Positions 38,594 through 46,939 of a stretch of DNA of 46,939 bases are shown here, piece by piece (the stretch's first letter is position 1; every line of letters begins with the position of its first letter). Below the pieces are notes generated by a model. That model searched no databases. It was not told the origin of the DNA and saw nothing but the letters and a program-made list of their open reading frames with translations. This stretch comes from Nitrospira sp. (GTDB taxonomy: Bacteria; Nitrospirota; Nitrospiria; Nitrospirales; Nitrospiraceae), in the NCBI GenBank assembly GCA_035310605.1, contig DATGEA010000257.1:1-46939 (forward strand). Direction: 5' to 3'. Position numbers and translations under genes: made by a program.

Positions 38594-38821
38594 TCAGACG
38601 CCGGGGTTCATACGTTCGGCACGGTCCTTCGCGAGCTTCTTATAATACCGCCACATATATGAATAGTAGTCGTCCAATTGCGCCAGCAGATAATGTAACT
38701 CTGTCGGATCTTCCGTTTCTAAGGCGCGGACCATTCTGTCTTTTAGGAAATCGCCGAATGCCTCGGTCTTTTCCACGGCGGTCAAGAGGCGCAGGCCGCC
38801 GCCGATTTGATACTCGTTCAT
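38594..38821 (-). CDS. Small hypothetical protein (75 aa)
   Basis: SD GGAGG before ATG 38821; promoter TTGCAT-N18-TATCCT at 38971-38942. Confidence 0.75.
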   Translation of the reverse strand: MNEYQIGGGLRLLTAVEKTEAFGDFLKDRMVRALETEDPTELHYLLAQLDDYYSYMWRYYKKLAKDRAERMNPGV

Positions 38822-38986
38822 CTCGTTCCTCCAAACGCGAACAGCCTGCTGGTGATTCCGAGGGTGCCCGCGACGACGGTTGCCCCCGTGCATCTCCCCA
38901 TGCCCGGAACCGTTTTCAACTGCTTGCTAGGGTGCCGCGTGAGGATAGCGAGGCGTTGGATCAAAATGCAAGCAGCGCGCAATGTC

Positions 38987-40210
38987 TCATGGCTTGACGC
39001 GATGATCGAGGATGCTTTGCAAGCGCGAGAGCGAGATGGCTTCGATGCGGTGATGGTCCCGTCCCACCACGGTGGTGGCCATCGTGAGAGCGTTGAGGAT
39101 CGCCTCTTCCGTCGCTTCGACAGTCGCAGAGATCAGCGGGTTCAGGTGGGGATCAGCGAGTTGTGTCAGGGCAAAGGTGCGGTCTTTGGGGTAATGGGGA
39201 ATCGTATTCGCCGTGGAGAAGGCTAGCATGAAGTCGCCGCTCCCGTGTCGGGCGGTCGAGCCGGTGCGGGCGAGTCCTAATGCCGCGCGCTTCGCGAGTC
39301 TGGTGAGTTGGCGGCTGTCGAGCGGAGCATCGGTGGCGATCAGAATGATGATGGATCCCTCGCTGGCTCCCTGCCAGGGGCCAGCCGCCGTCAGTCCGGC
39401 CTGACCTGACGGTGATGCGGTGCCGTCGTAGAGCCGGCCGACCGGCACACCGGCGACCACCAACTCGTGGCGTCGCCCATGGTTGGCGTTGACGAGCACG
39501 CCGATGGTGTATCCGCCCTCCCCCTCGGCGAGGCGGCGCGAAGAGGTACCGATCCCTCCCTTGAATCCGTAAGACACCATTCCCGTCCCTGCCCCGACGC
39601 TGCCCTCAGCCACGGGACCGCCGGATGCGCCATCGAGCGCCTTCGCGACATCCGCTTCAGAGACATGCCGGCCTTGAATGTCATTGAGACGGCCATCGTC
39701 GCATTCCGCAACGACCGGCGTGAGCGTGTCGTCAGTGATCCCGATTTGCGGGTACTGCTTGATCATCCAGCTTATGACGCCATTTGCGACGCGCGGGACG
39801 TTCAGCGTATTCGTGAGCGCAATGGGATATTCCAGGAAACCGGATTCAGCGACCCATGCCAGCCCGGTCATTTCCCCGGTTCCGTTGAGCACAAATGAGC
39901 CGGCCGGGACTTTCTTGTGCCAGACGTCCTCGCGCGGGATGACCACAGTCACACCGGTGCGGACCGGACCGGCCCCTGGTTGAAGTGAGCCTTCTCCCGA
40001 GATGAGGGTGGTGTGACCCACTTTCACGCCGGCCACGTCGGTGATGGCGTTGAGAGGGCCTGGTGGATAGGAGCCGATCGTGAGGCCGAGATCGCGAGCG
40101 CGCGTGCGCGAGGCATCAGGTTCGCCTGCATGGGCGCTGATGCAAAGCGAGAGGCCGCTCGAGAGCGTGATGATCAGAAGTCGGGCGAAGAAGACTCCGC
40201 TAGATTTCAT
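38987..40210 (-). CDS. DmpA-like (S58/P1) aminopeptidase, probably exported
   Basis: NAITDVAGVKVGH, NGTGEMTG, VVAECDDG, GAGTGM, autocleavage G|SIIILIATDAPL; signal peptide ending AHA. Confidence 0.92.
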   Translation of the reverse strand: MKSSGVFFARLLIITLSSGLSLCISAHAGEPDASRTRARDLGLTIGSYPPGPLNAITDVAGVKVGHTTLISGEGSLQPGAGPVRTGVTVVIPREDVWHKKVPAGSFVLNGTGEMTGLAWVAESGFLEYPIALTNTLNVPRVANGVISWMIKQYPQIGITDDTLTPVVAECDDGRLNDIQGRHVSEADVAKALDGASGGPVAEGSVGAGTGMVSYGFKGGIGTSSRRLAEGEGGYTIGVLVNANHGRRHELVVAGVPVGRLYDGTASPSGQAGLTAAGPWQGASEGSIIILIATDAPLDSRQLTRLAKRAALGLARTGSTARHGSGDFMLAFSTANTIPHYPKDRTFALTQLADPHLNPLISATVEATEEAILNALTMATTVVGRDHHRIEAISLSRLQSILDHRVKP

Positions 40211-41597
40211 GGGTCGATCCCAGGTGAGGAACGGTCACCTCGGTGTCCGGGTGCTCCGCTTGGATTGCCGATGCGAGCGAAAGCGCCTGCTTTTCTTCCC
40301 CGTGGACGATGAATATCTTGTCGGGCAGGGGATCGATGGCTCTGACATATCCCAGGAGGTCATGTCGGTCTGCGTGGGCCGAGAGGCCGTTGAACTTGAC
40401 GATCTGTGCGCGTCGCGGTGTGGGCACGCCGAAAATGGGGACGACGTCCCATCCCTCGACCAATTTGCGTCCAAGGGTATGCTCCGCTTGAAAACCGACG
40501 AACACGATCACGTTGGCTTCATCCTGAATCGCATGCTTGAGATGGTGGGTGATGCGCCCGCCTTCGCACATGCCGGATGAGGAGATGATGACGCAAGGCC
40601 CTTTCATCGAATTGAGGCGTTTGCTCTCTTCGGGTGATGACACGAAGTGGATGTAGCGTGACGCGAACGGATCGCCGTCGGCTGAGAACGTCTTATAGGT
40701 CTCCTCATCGTAACATTCCGGATGGCGACGAAAGATCTCGGTGGCTTTGTCCGCCAGCGGGGAATCGATATAGATGGGGATGGGATCGACGCGGCCCTCG
40801 CCGACCAGTTCCTTAATCCGCATGACCAGTTCCTGCGTGCGGCCGACGGCGAAAGCCGGGACGATGATCTTGCTCCTGTGGGCTCTAGCATGGGCGATCA
40901 AGTCCTGGGCCTTTTTCTTCATCTCCTCGCCGGCCTGTTCATGTAACCGGTCGCCGTACGTGGATTCGAGGATCAGAATGTCGCAGGGAGGAGGGGGTTC
41001 GGGATCGCGCAGAATCGGCATATTGGACCGGCCGAGATCTCCGCTGAACAGGACGGTCGTGGTATTACCCCGCGCCGTGTACTTGACCCTGATCGCCGCA
41101 GAACCGAGTATGTGACCGGCATCGTAAAAGGTGGCCGTGACGCGCGGCGCGATCTTCACCTGGCTTCCATACTGCGCGGCCTCAAAACGCCGGACAATCT
41201 TCCGGACGTCGTTGCTGTCGTAGAAAGGACGGACGCAGCTCTTCCCGTGCCGCCGCTCCTTCTTGTTGACGTAGCGGCAGTCGCTTTCCTGAACGCGTGC
41301 CGAGTCTTCCAGCATGATGCCGGCGAGATCCGCCGACGCGCGTGTGACATGGACTTTCCCGGAAAAGCCGTGTTGGGGAAGAACCGGCAGGGCGCCGGAG
41401 TGGTCGATATGCGCATGAGAGAGCAGGACCGCTCCCAGCGACTTCGGGTCGAAACCCAAGTAGCGGTTCTGCCGAAGGGCTTCTTCTCGACGGCCTTGAA
41501 AGAGTCCGCAATCCAGCAAAAGCCTGAATCCGGGCACCTCCAGCATGTGGCGGCTTCCCGTCACTGATCGGGCGGCGCCATGAAAGGAGAGTTTCAT
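40200..41597 (-). CDS. MBL-fold beta-CASP ribonuclease
   Basis: SHAHIDHSG, AGHILGS, SGDLG, ESTYG, SSGMCEGGRI, SAHAD. Confidence 0.93.
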   Translation of the reverse strand: MKLSFHGAARSVTGSRHMLEVPGFRLLLDCGLFQGRREEALRQNRYLGFDPKSLGAVLLSHAHIDHSGALPVLPQHGFSGKVHVTRASADLAGIMLEDSARVQESDCRYVNKKERRHGKSCVRPFYDSNDVRKIVRRFEAAQYGSQVKIAPRVTATFYDAGHILGSAAIRVKYTARGNTTTVLFSGDLGRSNMPILRDPEPPPPCDILILESTYGDRLHEQAGEEMKKKAQDLIAHARAHRSKIIVPAFAVGRTQELVMRIKELVGEGRVDPIPIYIDSPLADKATEIFRRHPECYDEETYKTFSADGDPFASRYIHFVSSPEESKRLNSMKGPCVIISSSGMCEGGRITHHLKHAIQDEANVIVFVGFQAEHTLGRKLVEGWDVVPIFGVPTPRRAQIVKFNGLSAHADRHDLLGYVRAIDPLPDKIFIVHGEEKQALSLASAIQAEHPDTEVTVPHLGSTHEI

Positions 41598-42448
41598 GAT
41601 GAAGGCACTCCATTGTGGCGTTCAATCAGTTCCCAGGCTTCCTCGGCCGTCTCGGCATAGCGAAACAGGCACAGATCTGTTTGAGAGATGAGCCCATTGT
41701 CGACGAGGAATTGCCAGTTGATCAGGCGATCCCAAAAGTCCCGCCCGACCAGCACGACCATCACGTCCTCTGTCTTGCCGGTTTGGAGGAGCGTCAGCGT
41801 TTCGAACAGTTCATCAAGGGTACCGAATCCTCCCGGAAACGCGACGAGCGCCTTGGCTCGGATCAAAAAGTGCATCTTCCGGATGGCGAAATATCGAAAT
41901 TGAAAACACAGATCCGGCGTGATGTAGGCATTGGGGTGCTGTTCGTGGGGTAAGGTTATGTTCAGGCCGATCGATTTGGCGTTCACGTCCGCCGCCCCGC
42001 GATTGGCGGCTTCCATGATGCCGGGTCCGCCCCCGGTGATGATGACGTATTCGCATCGTCCGTCGACCTGACACGTCGATGAGACAAGGCGGCCGAACTC
42101 GCGGGCGACGTCGTAGTATGAGGAGAGTTCAAGTTGTCGTCGTGCGATGGCTACCTGTTGCAGGGCGGTCTGGTCGTGCGGGACCCGAGAGGCTTCTTCC
42201 TCCAACAGCCGCAGGGTTTCCCGGGCTGCCGCCGGCTCCCGCAGTCTCGAGCTGCCGAAGACGACGATGGTCGACCTAATCCCGTGCTCACTCTGAATCA
42301 ACTCGGGCTTCAGGAGTTCGAGCCCAATCCGGACCGATCGCAGTTCATCCCGTTGGAGGAAGCCTGTATCGCGATCAGCCGGAATATAGGACGAGGAATT
42401 GACCGAAGTGTTCGCAGGTGAGGGACGTTCAGACGGATCTGGTTCCAT
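41594..42448 (-). CDS. LOG-family (TIGR00730-like) nucleotide phosphoribohydrolase
   Basis: VVFGS, TGGGPGIMEAANRGA, RK, PGGFGTLDE. Confidence 0.92.
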   Translation of the reverse strand: MEPDPSERPSPANTSVNSSSYIPADRDTGFLQRDELRSVRIGLELLKPELIQSEHGIRSTIVVFGSSRLREPAAARETLRLLEEEASRVPHDQTALQQVAIARRQLELSSYYDVAREFGRLVSSTCQVDGRCEYVIITGGGPGIMEAANRGAADVNAKSIGLNITLPHEQHPNAYITPDLCFQFRYFAIRKMHFLIRAKALVAFPGGFGTLDELFETLTLLQTGKTEDVMVVLVGRDFWDRLINWQFLVDNGLISQTDLCLFRYAETAEEAWELIERHNGVPSS

Positions 42449-42456
42449 GGGGTGAC

Positions 42457-42485
42457 ATTATAGCCATACGGGCAGCATGCGGCAA
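42457..42485 (-). promoter_or_regulatory. sigma-70 promoter of the LOG operon
   Basis: TTGCCG-N17-TATAAT, 8 nt before ATG 42448. Confidence 0.7.
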
Positions 42486-42511
42486 TTCAACGGGGACGAC
42501 ACCGAGGAGAG

Positions 42512-42928
42512 TCAGAACGGATAGGGATTAAACTGGGGAGGCGCCAGCTGACGAAGGAAACTGTGGTGTGTGACGATCCAGTGATCGTTACACAGCACTT
42601 CAAATGCATCCAGGCCAAGGCCGGAACGGGAAATGACCAGGTCGGGATCGACCGGAGACCAAAGTTTGACGATCCAGCCGAAATTGATGCGTGAATACTT
42701 CACGTCGAGGAAGCGATAGGTCGCAACCATTCCTGTTTCGGTGTCAACAATGGCGTCCGGCGTTCCCAGTTTGGTGATCACATCAGAGAAGCTCGTTTGC
42801 CCTGGTACGATAAATTGAATATCGTCCTGCGTGAGGGGCGTGTTGACGGTAACCCGCACGACATTGCAACCGCACAGCGCCACACCTGCGAGGGTCGACA
42901 AGAGGAGAGTTCGAAGCCAACGTGACAC
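42512..42928 (-). CDS. SmpA/OmlA (BamE)-like lipoprotein
   Basis: GTG start at 42928; LCGC lipobox; IVPGQTSFSDVITKLGTPD. Confidence 0.7.
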   Translation of the reverse strand: MSRWLRTLLLSTLAGVALCGCNVVRVTVNTPLTQDDIQFIVPGQTSFSDVITKLGTPDAIVDTETGMVATYRFLDVKYSRINFGWIVKLWSPVDPDLVISRSGLGLDAFEVLCNDHWIVTHHSFLRQLAPPQFNPYPF

Positions 42929-42938
42929 GTGTGCCGCC

Positions 42939-43319
42939 TCAATCTCCAAAGGGCCAAAACCGGAACTCCATCCCGTCGGTGCGCTTCGTGAAGAGGACGT
43001 CTTCCACAATCCCTTCTCGGCTGAGCAAAACGAACAAGTCGTCGCTTCGGACTGAGATACGGGAGAAATTGACAAGGATGAGGAGCAGGCTTCCGGCCTT
43101 GGCGTCGTACCGATAGTATTGAAACAAGTCTCGTCCGTTGACTTGGAGCACACGATCGGGAGCACCGAGAAGCGAGAGCACTTCGGCTTTCGACGTGACA
43201 CCTTTCTTGATCACACTCACGGCATCCGTTTTGATTTCGTCTCCGAGAGACCCCCGGCTGAACGCGCAGCCCCCTAAAGCCAGCAGGAGCATCAAGGCAA
43301 CGGTCGCGGCACGGGTCAT
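42939..43319 (-). CDS. SmpA/OmlA (BamE)-like lipoprotein
   Basis: SD GAGGAGG; LGGC lipobox; IKKGVTSKAEVLSLLGAPD..YYRY. Confidence 0.8.
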   Translation of the reverse strand: MTRAATVALMLLLALGGCAFSRGSLGDEIKTDAVSVIKKGVTSKAEVLSLLGAPDRVLQVNGRDLFQYYRYDAKAGSLLLILVNFSRISVRSDDLFVLLSREGIVEDVLFTKRTDGMEFRFWPFGD

Positions 43320-43365
43320 AGGCAATCCTCCTCTCGCGGCAGACTCCCCGGACATCTGACGCTCA

Positions 43366-43875
43366 TCACTGCATATCGCGATCGACTATACGGGGCATGA
43401 CGAAGTCTGTTTCGTAAACCTGGTAGTTGGAGGTCGAGAGTCCGACTCGGCTGTAGACCTGCCTTGCCGTCGCATTGCTCGCTTCAACATATAAGCGAAC
43501 CCCGCAGACGTCGGAGCGCGACCGGGCTAGGAGCATGATCGAGTGATGCATGTGCCGATAGACACCCTGCCGTCGCCACGCGGGATCGACGTAGACGCTC
43601 TGAATCCACCAGAAGACCGCGTTGCGCCAGTCGCTCCACTCGAATGTGATCATAAGTTGGCCGACGATGCGCTGCGACGGCCCTTGCGGGAGTGCGGCCA
43701 CCATGAAAAAGCCTCGATCGGGGGTATTCAACAGCGCCAGTGTGCCTTCACGGAGTCTGGCCATGTCGAGTTGACGGCCTTCCGTTTCCAGGGCCATGGC
43801 CGCGCTGAAGGTGACAATCGCTTCCACGTCTTCTTCCCGGGCGGGCCTGACTATGATCTTGTCCGGCAAAACCAT
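43366..43875 (-). CDS. GNAT N-acetyltransferase
   Basis: EWSDWRN..WWIQSVYV..RRQGVY..RLYVE..N..A..Y. Confidence 0.92.
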   Translation of the reverse strand: MVLPDKIIVRPAREEDVEAIVTFSAAMALETEGRQLDMARLREGTLALLNTPDRGFFMVAALPQGPSQRIVGQLMITFEWSDWRNAVFWWIQSVYVDPAWRRQGVYRHMHHSIMLLARSRSDVCGVRLYVEASNATARQVYSRVGLSTSNYQVYETDFVMPRIVDRDMQ

Positions 43876-43883
43876 GGTGGAAG

Positions 43884-44498
43884 TTAGACAGAAGTCGTGG
43901 GTGCTGAGAGCCAACCGGCGCTAGGCTTGTAGAAACCGGCGGAAAATTCCATCTTCATGGCGTCTTCCGGAAGCAGGTTCAGTGGGCGGATGTGTTGCTC
44001 CGGCACGAACGCGAGGTATCCGGTAAACGGATGGATGGCTGTCGGGACGAAGATCATCAAGAGAGTGACGGAGGGTACGATCTGGACCGCTCGGGGAGCC
44101 GCCCCCATCACAAAACCGAGCGCCCAAAGGCCGTCGCGGGGAAAGGGGAAGGCGACCACGGTGCTGCGACCGAAGCGGGATCGGAATTGGAATAAATCGG
44201 TCATACTCTTGAGTGTCAGATAGATACTACGGACGAGCGGGATCTGCTCGATCCAGCGCTCGCTCGATGTGATGATTTGTCTGCCTAGGACGTGCGTGGC
44301 AACCGCGCCTGCAATGAGGACAAGGAGGACGAACAGCATTAAACCGATAATCGGTGTGGCAGAGATGCCGATCTGGTTCAAGAGGTCACCGATGACACGA
44401 TTGACTGTCGACAGTAGAGCAGACAGGATCAAGAATGTGGCCCAGGCCGGTACGAGAATCAACAGGCCGGCCAGTGAATAGTGCCAGAGGGTCTTCAC
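43884..44498 (-). CDS. DUF502 membrane protein
   Basis: AGLLILVP, IPLVRSIY..K, FP..G.W..GF, FVPT..PFTGY. Start GTG 44498 uncertain. Confidence 0.85.
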   Translation of the reverse strand: MKTLWHYSLAGLLILVPAWATFLILSALLSTVNRVIGDLLNQIGISATPIIGLMLFVLLVLIAGAVATHVLGRQIITSSERWIEQIPLVRSIYLTLKSMTDLFQFRSRFGRSTVVAFPFPRDGLWALGFVMGAAPRAVQIVPSVTLLMIFVPTAIHPFTGYLAFVPEQHIRPLNLLPEDAMKMEFSAGFYKPSAGWLSAPTTSV

Positions 44499-44648
44499 GA
44501 TGAGGGTTCCCCTGCCGATGTGGATAATCTCGCCGTAGTGTACCAGAAACAATTGCGGACGTGGAGTCGTGATGATCCGTCTTGATCTCTGCCGATGTGT
44601 GCTTTATCCTGCTTCGAGTTACCGGGTTCTTCACCATAGGAGTTTGTT

Positions 44649-44939
44649 ATGGCTGATCAAGCGGGAACGAGGCGTCCGGTGCAGATAGACAAGGATCTGT
44701 TGGCGATTCTCTGTTGTCCCGAGACGAAGCTCGATGTCAGCCTGGCAGATGACGCCTTGATCAGTAGGCTCAATGACGCGATAAGCCGGGGTCTCGTGAA
44801 GAATAAAGCGCAAAAACCTGTGACCGACTCGCTCGATGGTGGCCTGATTAGATCCGACCGAAAGATTCTCTACCCTATCCGTGAAGACATTCCCGTGATG
44901 CTCATTGAGGAAGGAATCCCACTCGACGAGATCCTCTAG
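44649..44939 (+). CDS. Trm112-like (YcaR/UPF0434) protein
   Basis: LLAILCCP..YPIREDIPVML; SD AGGAG. Confidence 0.88.
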   Translation: MADQAGTRRPVQIDKDLLAILCCPETKLDVSLADDALISRLNDAISRGLVKNKAQKPVTDSLDGGLIRSDRKILYPIREDIPVMLIEEGIPLDEIL

Positions 44940-45049
44940 CCGGCTATTTCCACCCTCCTACGCGTTCGAAGTCCCAACGGCCTGTACTGCGAACGAGCCG
45001 GTTGCAGAGCGGTGCCGGATCAATCCCCTCATGCGGCGTCGGTCCTGCC

Positions 45050-45334
45050 TCACGGCTGAATGACGCTGTGCTGCTGCTGATCGGTTTTTGAACCGGTTGA
45101 GGTCCCGCATTGCTGGCAAAGGTACTCGTAGAGATTGCCGGTTGGCAGAACCAGAAGCAGTCGTTCACGTGTCGGGGTTGCCACCCGGCAGCGGGGGCAA
45201 TAGAGAAGCGAGGCGTTCAGTGACCTGAACTGATCGGCCTGTTCCGCTGATCGCGGTCTCGTCGGTCTGGCTGGTCTGGAAGTTAGACCGGCCGGCCATA
45301 CTGGGGCATTCGGTTTACGCGGGGGGTGTGGCAT
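45050..45334 (-). CDS. Small zinc-ribbon protein
   Basis: CPRC..CQQC; promoter TTGACC-N18-TACAAT 6 nt before ATG 45334. Confidence 0.75.
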   Translation of the reverse strand: MPHPPRKPNAPVWPAGLTSRPARPTRPRSAEQADQFRSLNASLLYCPRCRVATPTRERLLLVLPTGNLYEYLCQQCGTSTGSKTDQQQHSVIQP

Positions 45335-45404
45335 AGAAGAATTGTAGGGAACAAGGCGCTTTCCGGTCAACGCCGGGAGCCGACCGCAACCCAGGGCAGT
45401 CTAT

Positions 45405-45635
45405 CTACCAGGATGGACCGGATGAATTGTTTGTGTCGGTCCGGTGCAAAGACTTAAACAGCTTCCACAGCCCACGACCCCCTTGGACTAAGGCATAGAC
45501 GCCAAGGCCGCTGAGCAACCCGTAGAAGCCGGCAGTGCTCCAGGGCCAGAGGTCGGGCGCATGCAACATCACAGCGAGGGCGATATGCCCCCCCACTCCC
45601 AAACAGAGAGCAAAAACAATCCATTCACGCATCAT
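45405..45635 (-). CDS. Small two-TM membrane protein
   Basis: Two hydrophobic segments; same strand as neighbours. Confidence 0.6.
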   Translation of the reverse strand: MMREWIVFALCLGVGGHIALAVMLHAPDLWPWSTAGFYGLLSGLGVYALVQGGRGLWKLFKSLHRTDTNNSSGPSW

Positions 45636-45708
45636 GCTGAGACGGGATCACGCATGCCGGAACGTTGAGCGTGAGGTGGGGCAGAAATTCCCGCACAAGC
45701 CCAAGGAT

Positions 45709-46080
45709 TTACGCCGCAGGCGTCTTTGCCGATTCGATCTCCGTTGCCGTGATGAGGCTCGAGAGATAGTCCGCCACGAAGTTCAGCGCCTCTTCCCGAC
45801 CATCGGCACGACGTCCTTTTTCGCGTCTCTGCACCGATAACTCATGATCGAGGTCGGATTTGACCTCTGTCAGGACGCGTTGGAGCGATGAGGGCGTCAA
45901 ATTGGCATCCATATCTTCAAGTTCCTGGCAGCGATCCAGAACCCAATTGAGACCTTCAATTCGGCCGGCGTAGTGTTCCTGCTCAGCCGTATCGATCCGG
46001 GCCATTGTTGTTGCGAAGGTCTGGGCCTCATAGATGAGATTGTAAAAACTGGTAACCGCACGCTGTAGGGTCGGATTCAT
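45709..46080 (-). CDS. Hypothetical helical protein
   Basis: SD AAAGGAG; internal pseudo-repeat AGRIEGLNWV / DGREEALNFV. Confidence 0.75.
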   Translation of the reverse strand: MNPTLQRAVTSFYNLIYEAQTFATTMARIDTAEQEHYAGRIEGLNWVLDRCQELEDMDANLTPSSLQRVLTEVKSDLDHELSVQRREKGRRADGREEALNFVADYLSSLITATEIESAKTPAA

Positions 46081-46166
46081 AGAACTCCTTTATAGCTCAG
46101 GGCAATGTAGTAACTTTCCAATTATACATGAGAATGTCGGAGCAACAAGGGAAATTTTCTCTGGAC

Positions 46167-46496
46167 TTAAGTAAACAGGAGGGAGTGGAACTCGTTCATG
46201 AAACCGTAATACAGCGGTGCGAAATCCTTGAGGCTATCGGGGCTCGTTTCCTTGAGGCGTTTGAAGAAAAACACCTGCATGCGAGGATCAAGCTGCTCCA
46301 ACAAATGGCTGAGTTGAGCCATCGTGTAGCTGCCTGAAGGCACACTCAGGATATAGTGGACAAGGCGCTCAACAAATTGCTGGGCGACATACTCGCTTGT
46401 CAGGTACCCTTCTGGAAGTTTTCCAGCTGCCAGGAACTCGCCGAAGGGGATGGCTTGCGCGGCAAATGGAATCGACTCGTCTTGACGAGGGTTCAC
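46167..46496 (-). CDS. Hypothetical protein
   Basis: GTG start with GAGG SD; TTGACG..TAAAGT promoter-like site upstream. Confidence 0.7.
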   Translation of the reverse strand: MNPRQDESIPFAAQAIPFGEFLAAGKLPEGYLTSEYVAQQFVERLVHYILSVPSGSYTMAQLSHLLEQLDPRMQVFFFKRLKETSPDSLKDFAPLYYGFMNEFHSLLFT

Positions 46497-46713
46497 GCCG
46501 GGGGTACCTCGTGGCTCACAGTGGAACTACGCAACATCGAACAACTTTACTGGACCCCCCCCAGCCCGTCAAGTGGACAGAAGGCGGAGAGCGCCTGAGC
46601 CGAAAGACCGATAGGGATACCACACTCACAGCCGAACAGCGCTAGCTCATTCGCAGCGGCCTTTCATGCTGTGGCGTCGCCGGGATACTCCCTCTTTTAG
46701 TACATAAAGACAG

Positions 46714-46748
46714 AAAGGGCGGGGTTCCGAAAGGAACCCCCGCCCTTC
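46714..46748 (-). terminator. Intrinsic terminator after nxrB
   Basis: Minus strand GAAGGGCGGGGGTTCC-TTTC-GGAACCCCGCCCTTT followed by CTGTCTTT. Confidence 0.8.
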
Positions 46749-46773
46749 CGTGAAGCGATTACCTAGCGTAGGA

Positions 46774-46939
46774 CTACAGCCAGGTCACGCGCTCGGCCGG
46801 CCGGATGTAGATCGGCTCTTCGACCTGGATGCGCGCCACTTCCTTGCCCGACTTGTTGAAGCCCAGGACGGTATCGTTGTACATCTCGAACCGCTTCCCG
46901 TGGATCTGGGTTTCGAACACTTTCGGGCCCGGAATGACG
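46774..46939 (-). CDS. nxrB: Nitrite oxidoreductase beta subunit, C-terminal 54 aa (runs in from outside the window)
   Basis: Manual translation VIPGPKVFETQIHGKRFEMYNDTVLGFNKSGKEVARIQVEEPIYIRPAERVTWL* matches my recollection of the Nitrospira NxrB C-terminus. Confidence 0.9.
   Translation of the reverse strand, partial: VIPGPKVFETQIHGKRFEMYNDTVLGFNKSGKEVARIQVEEPIYIRPAERVTWL

Overview
GC-rich chromosomal window, almost certainly from a nitrite-oxidising Nitrospira: the last 166 nt encode the C-terminus of Nitrospira-type NxrB. Most of it is housekeeping: tRNA-Leu-tig-clpP-clpX, tRNA-Ser-ffs-dnaX-ybaB-recR, dksA, tRNA-Val, trmFO-xerC-argB, rimO-purU, an OmpR-type two-component system with degP, gcvP, gcvT, arfB, fabI, mug, a Nudix hydrolase, an FKBP and a LOG/beta-CASP/DmpA operon, plus many small lipoproteins and hypotheticals. 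I saw no prophage, transposase, CRISPR array or defence island, and I cannot claim a clearly new multi-gene system. The best leads are: (1) a 136-nt palindromic element bounded by inverted copies of the tRNA-Ser 3' end; (2) a 57-aa secreted K/E-repeat peptide absent from the ORF track, with a sigma-54/IHF-like promoter; (3) a repeat-expanded coiled-coil OmpA lipoprotein next to mscL that could act as a periplasmic tether; (4) a chimeric deletion scar joining two broken genes; (5) four 11-bp-phased boxes upstream of degP; (6) MITE-like and heptamer repeat families; (7) several apparently leaderless genes. Product calls come from recognising motifs by eye, not from database searches.
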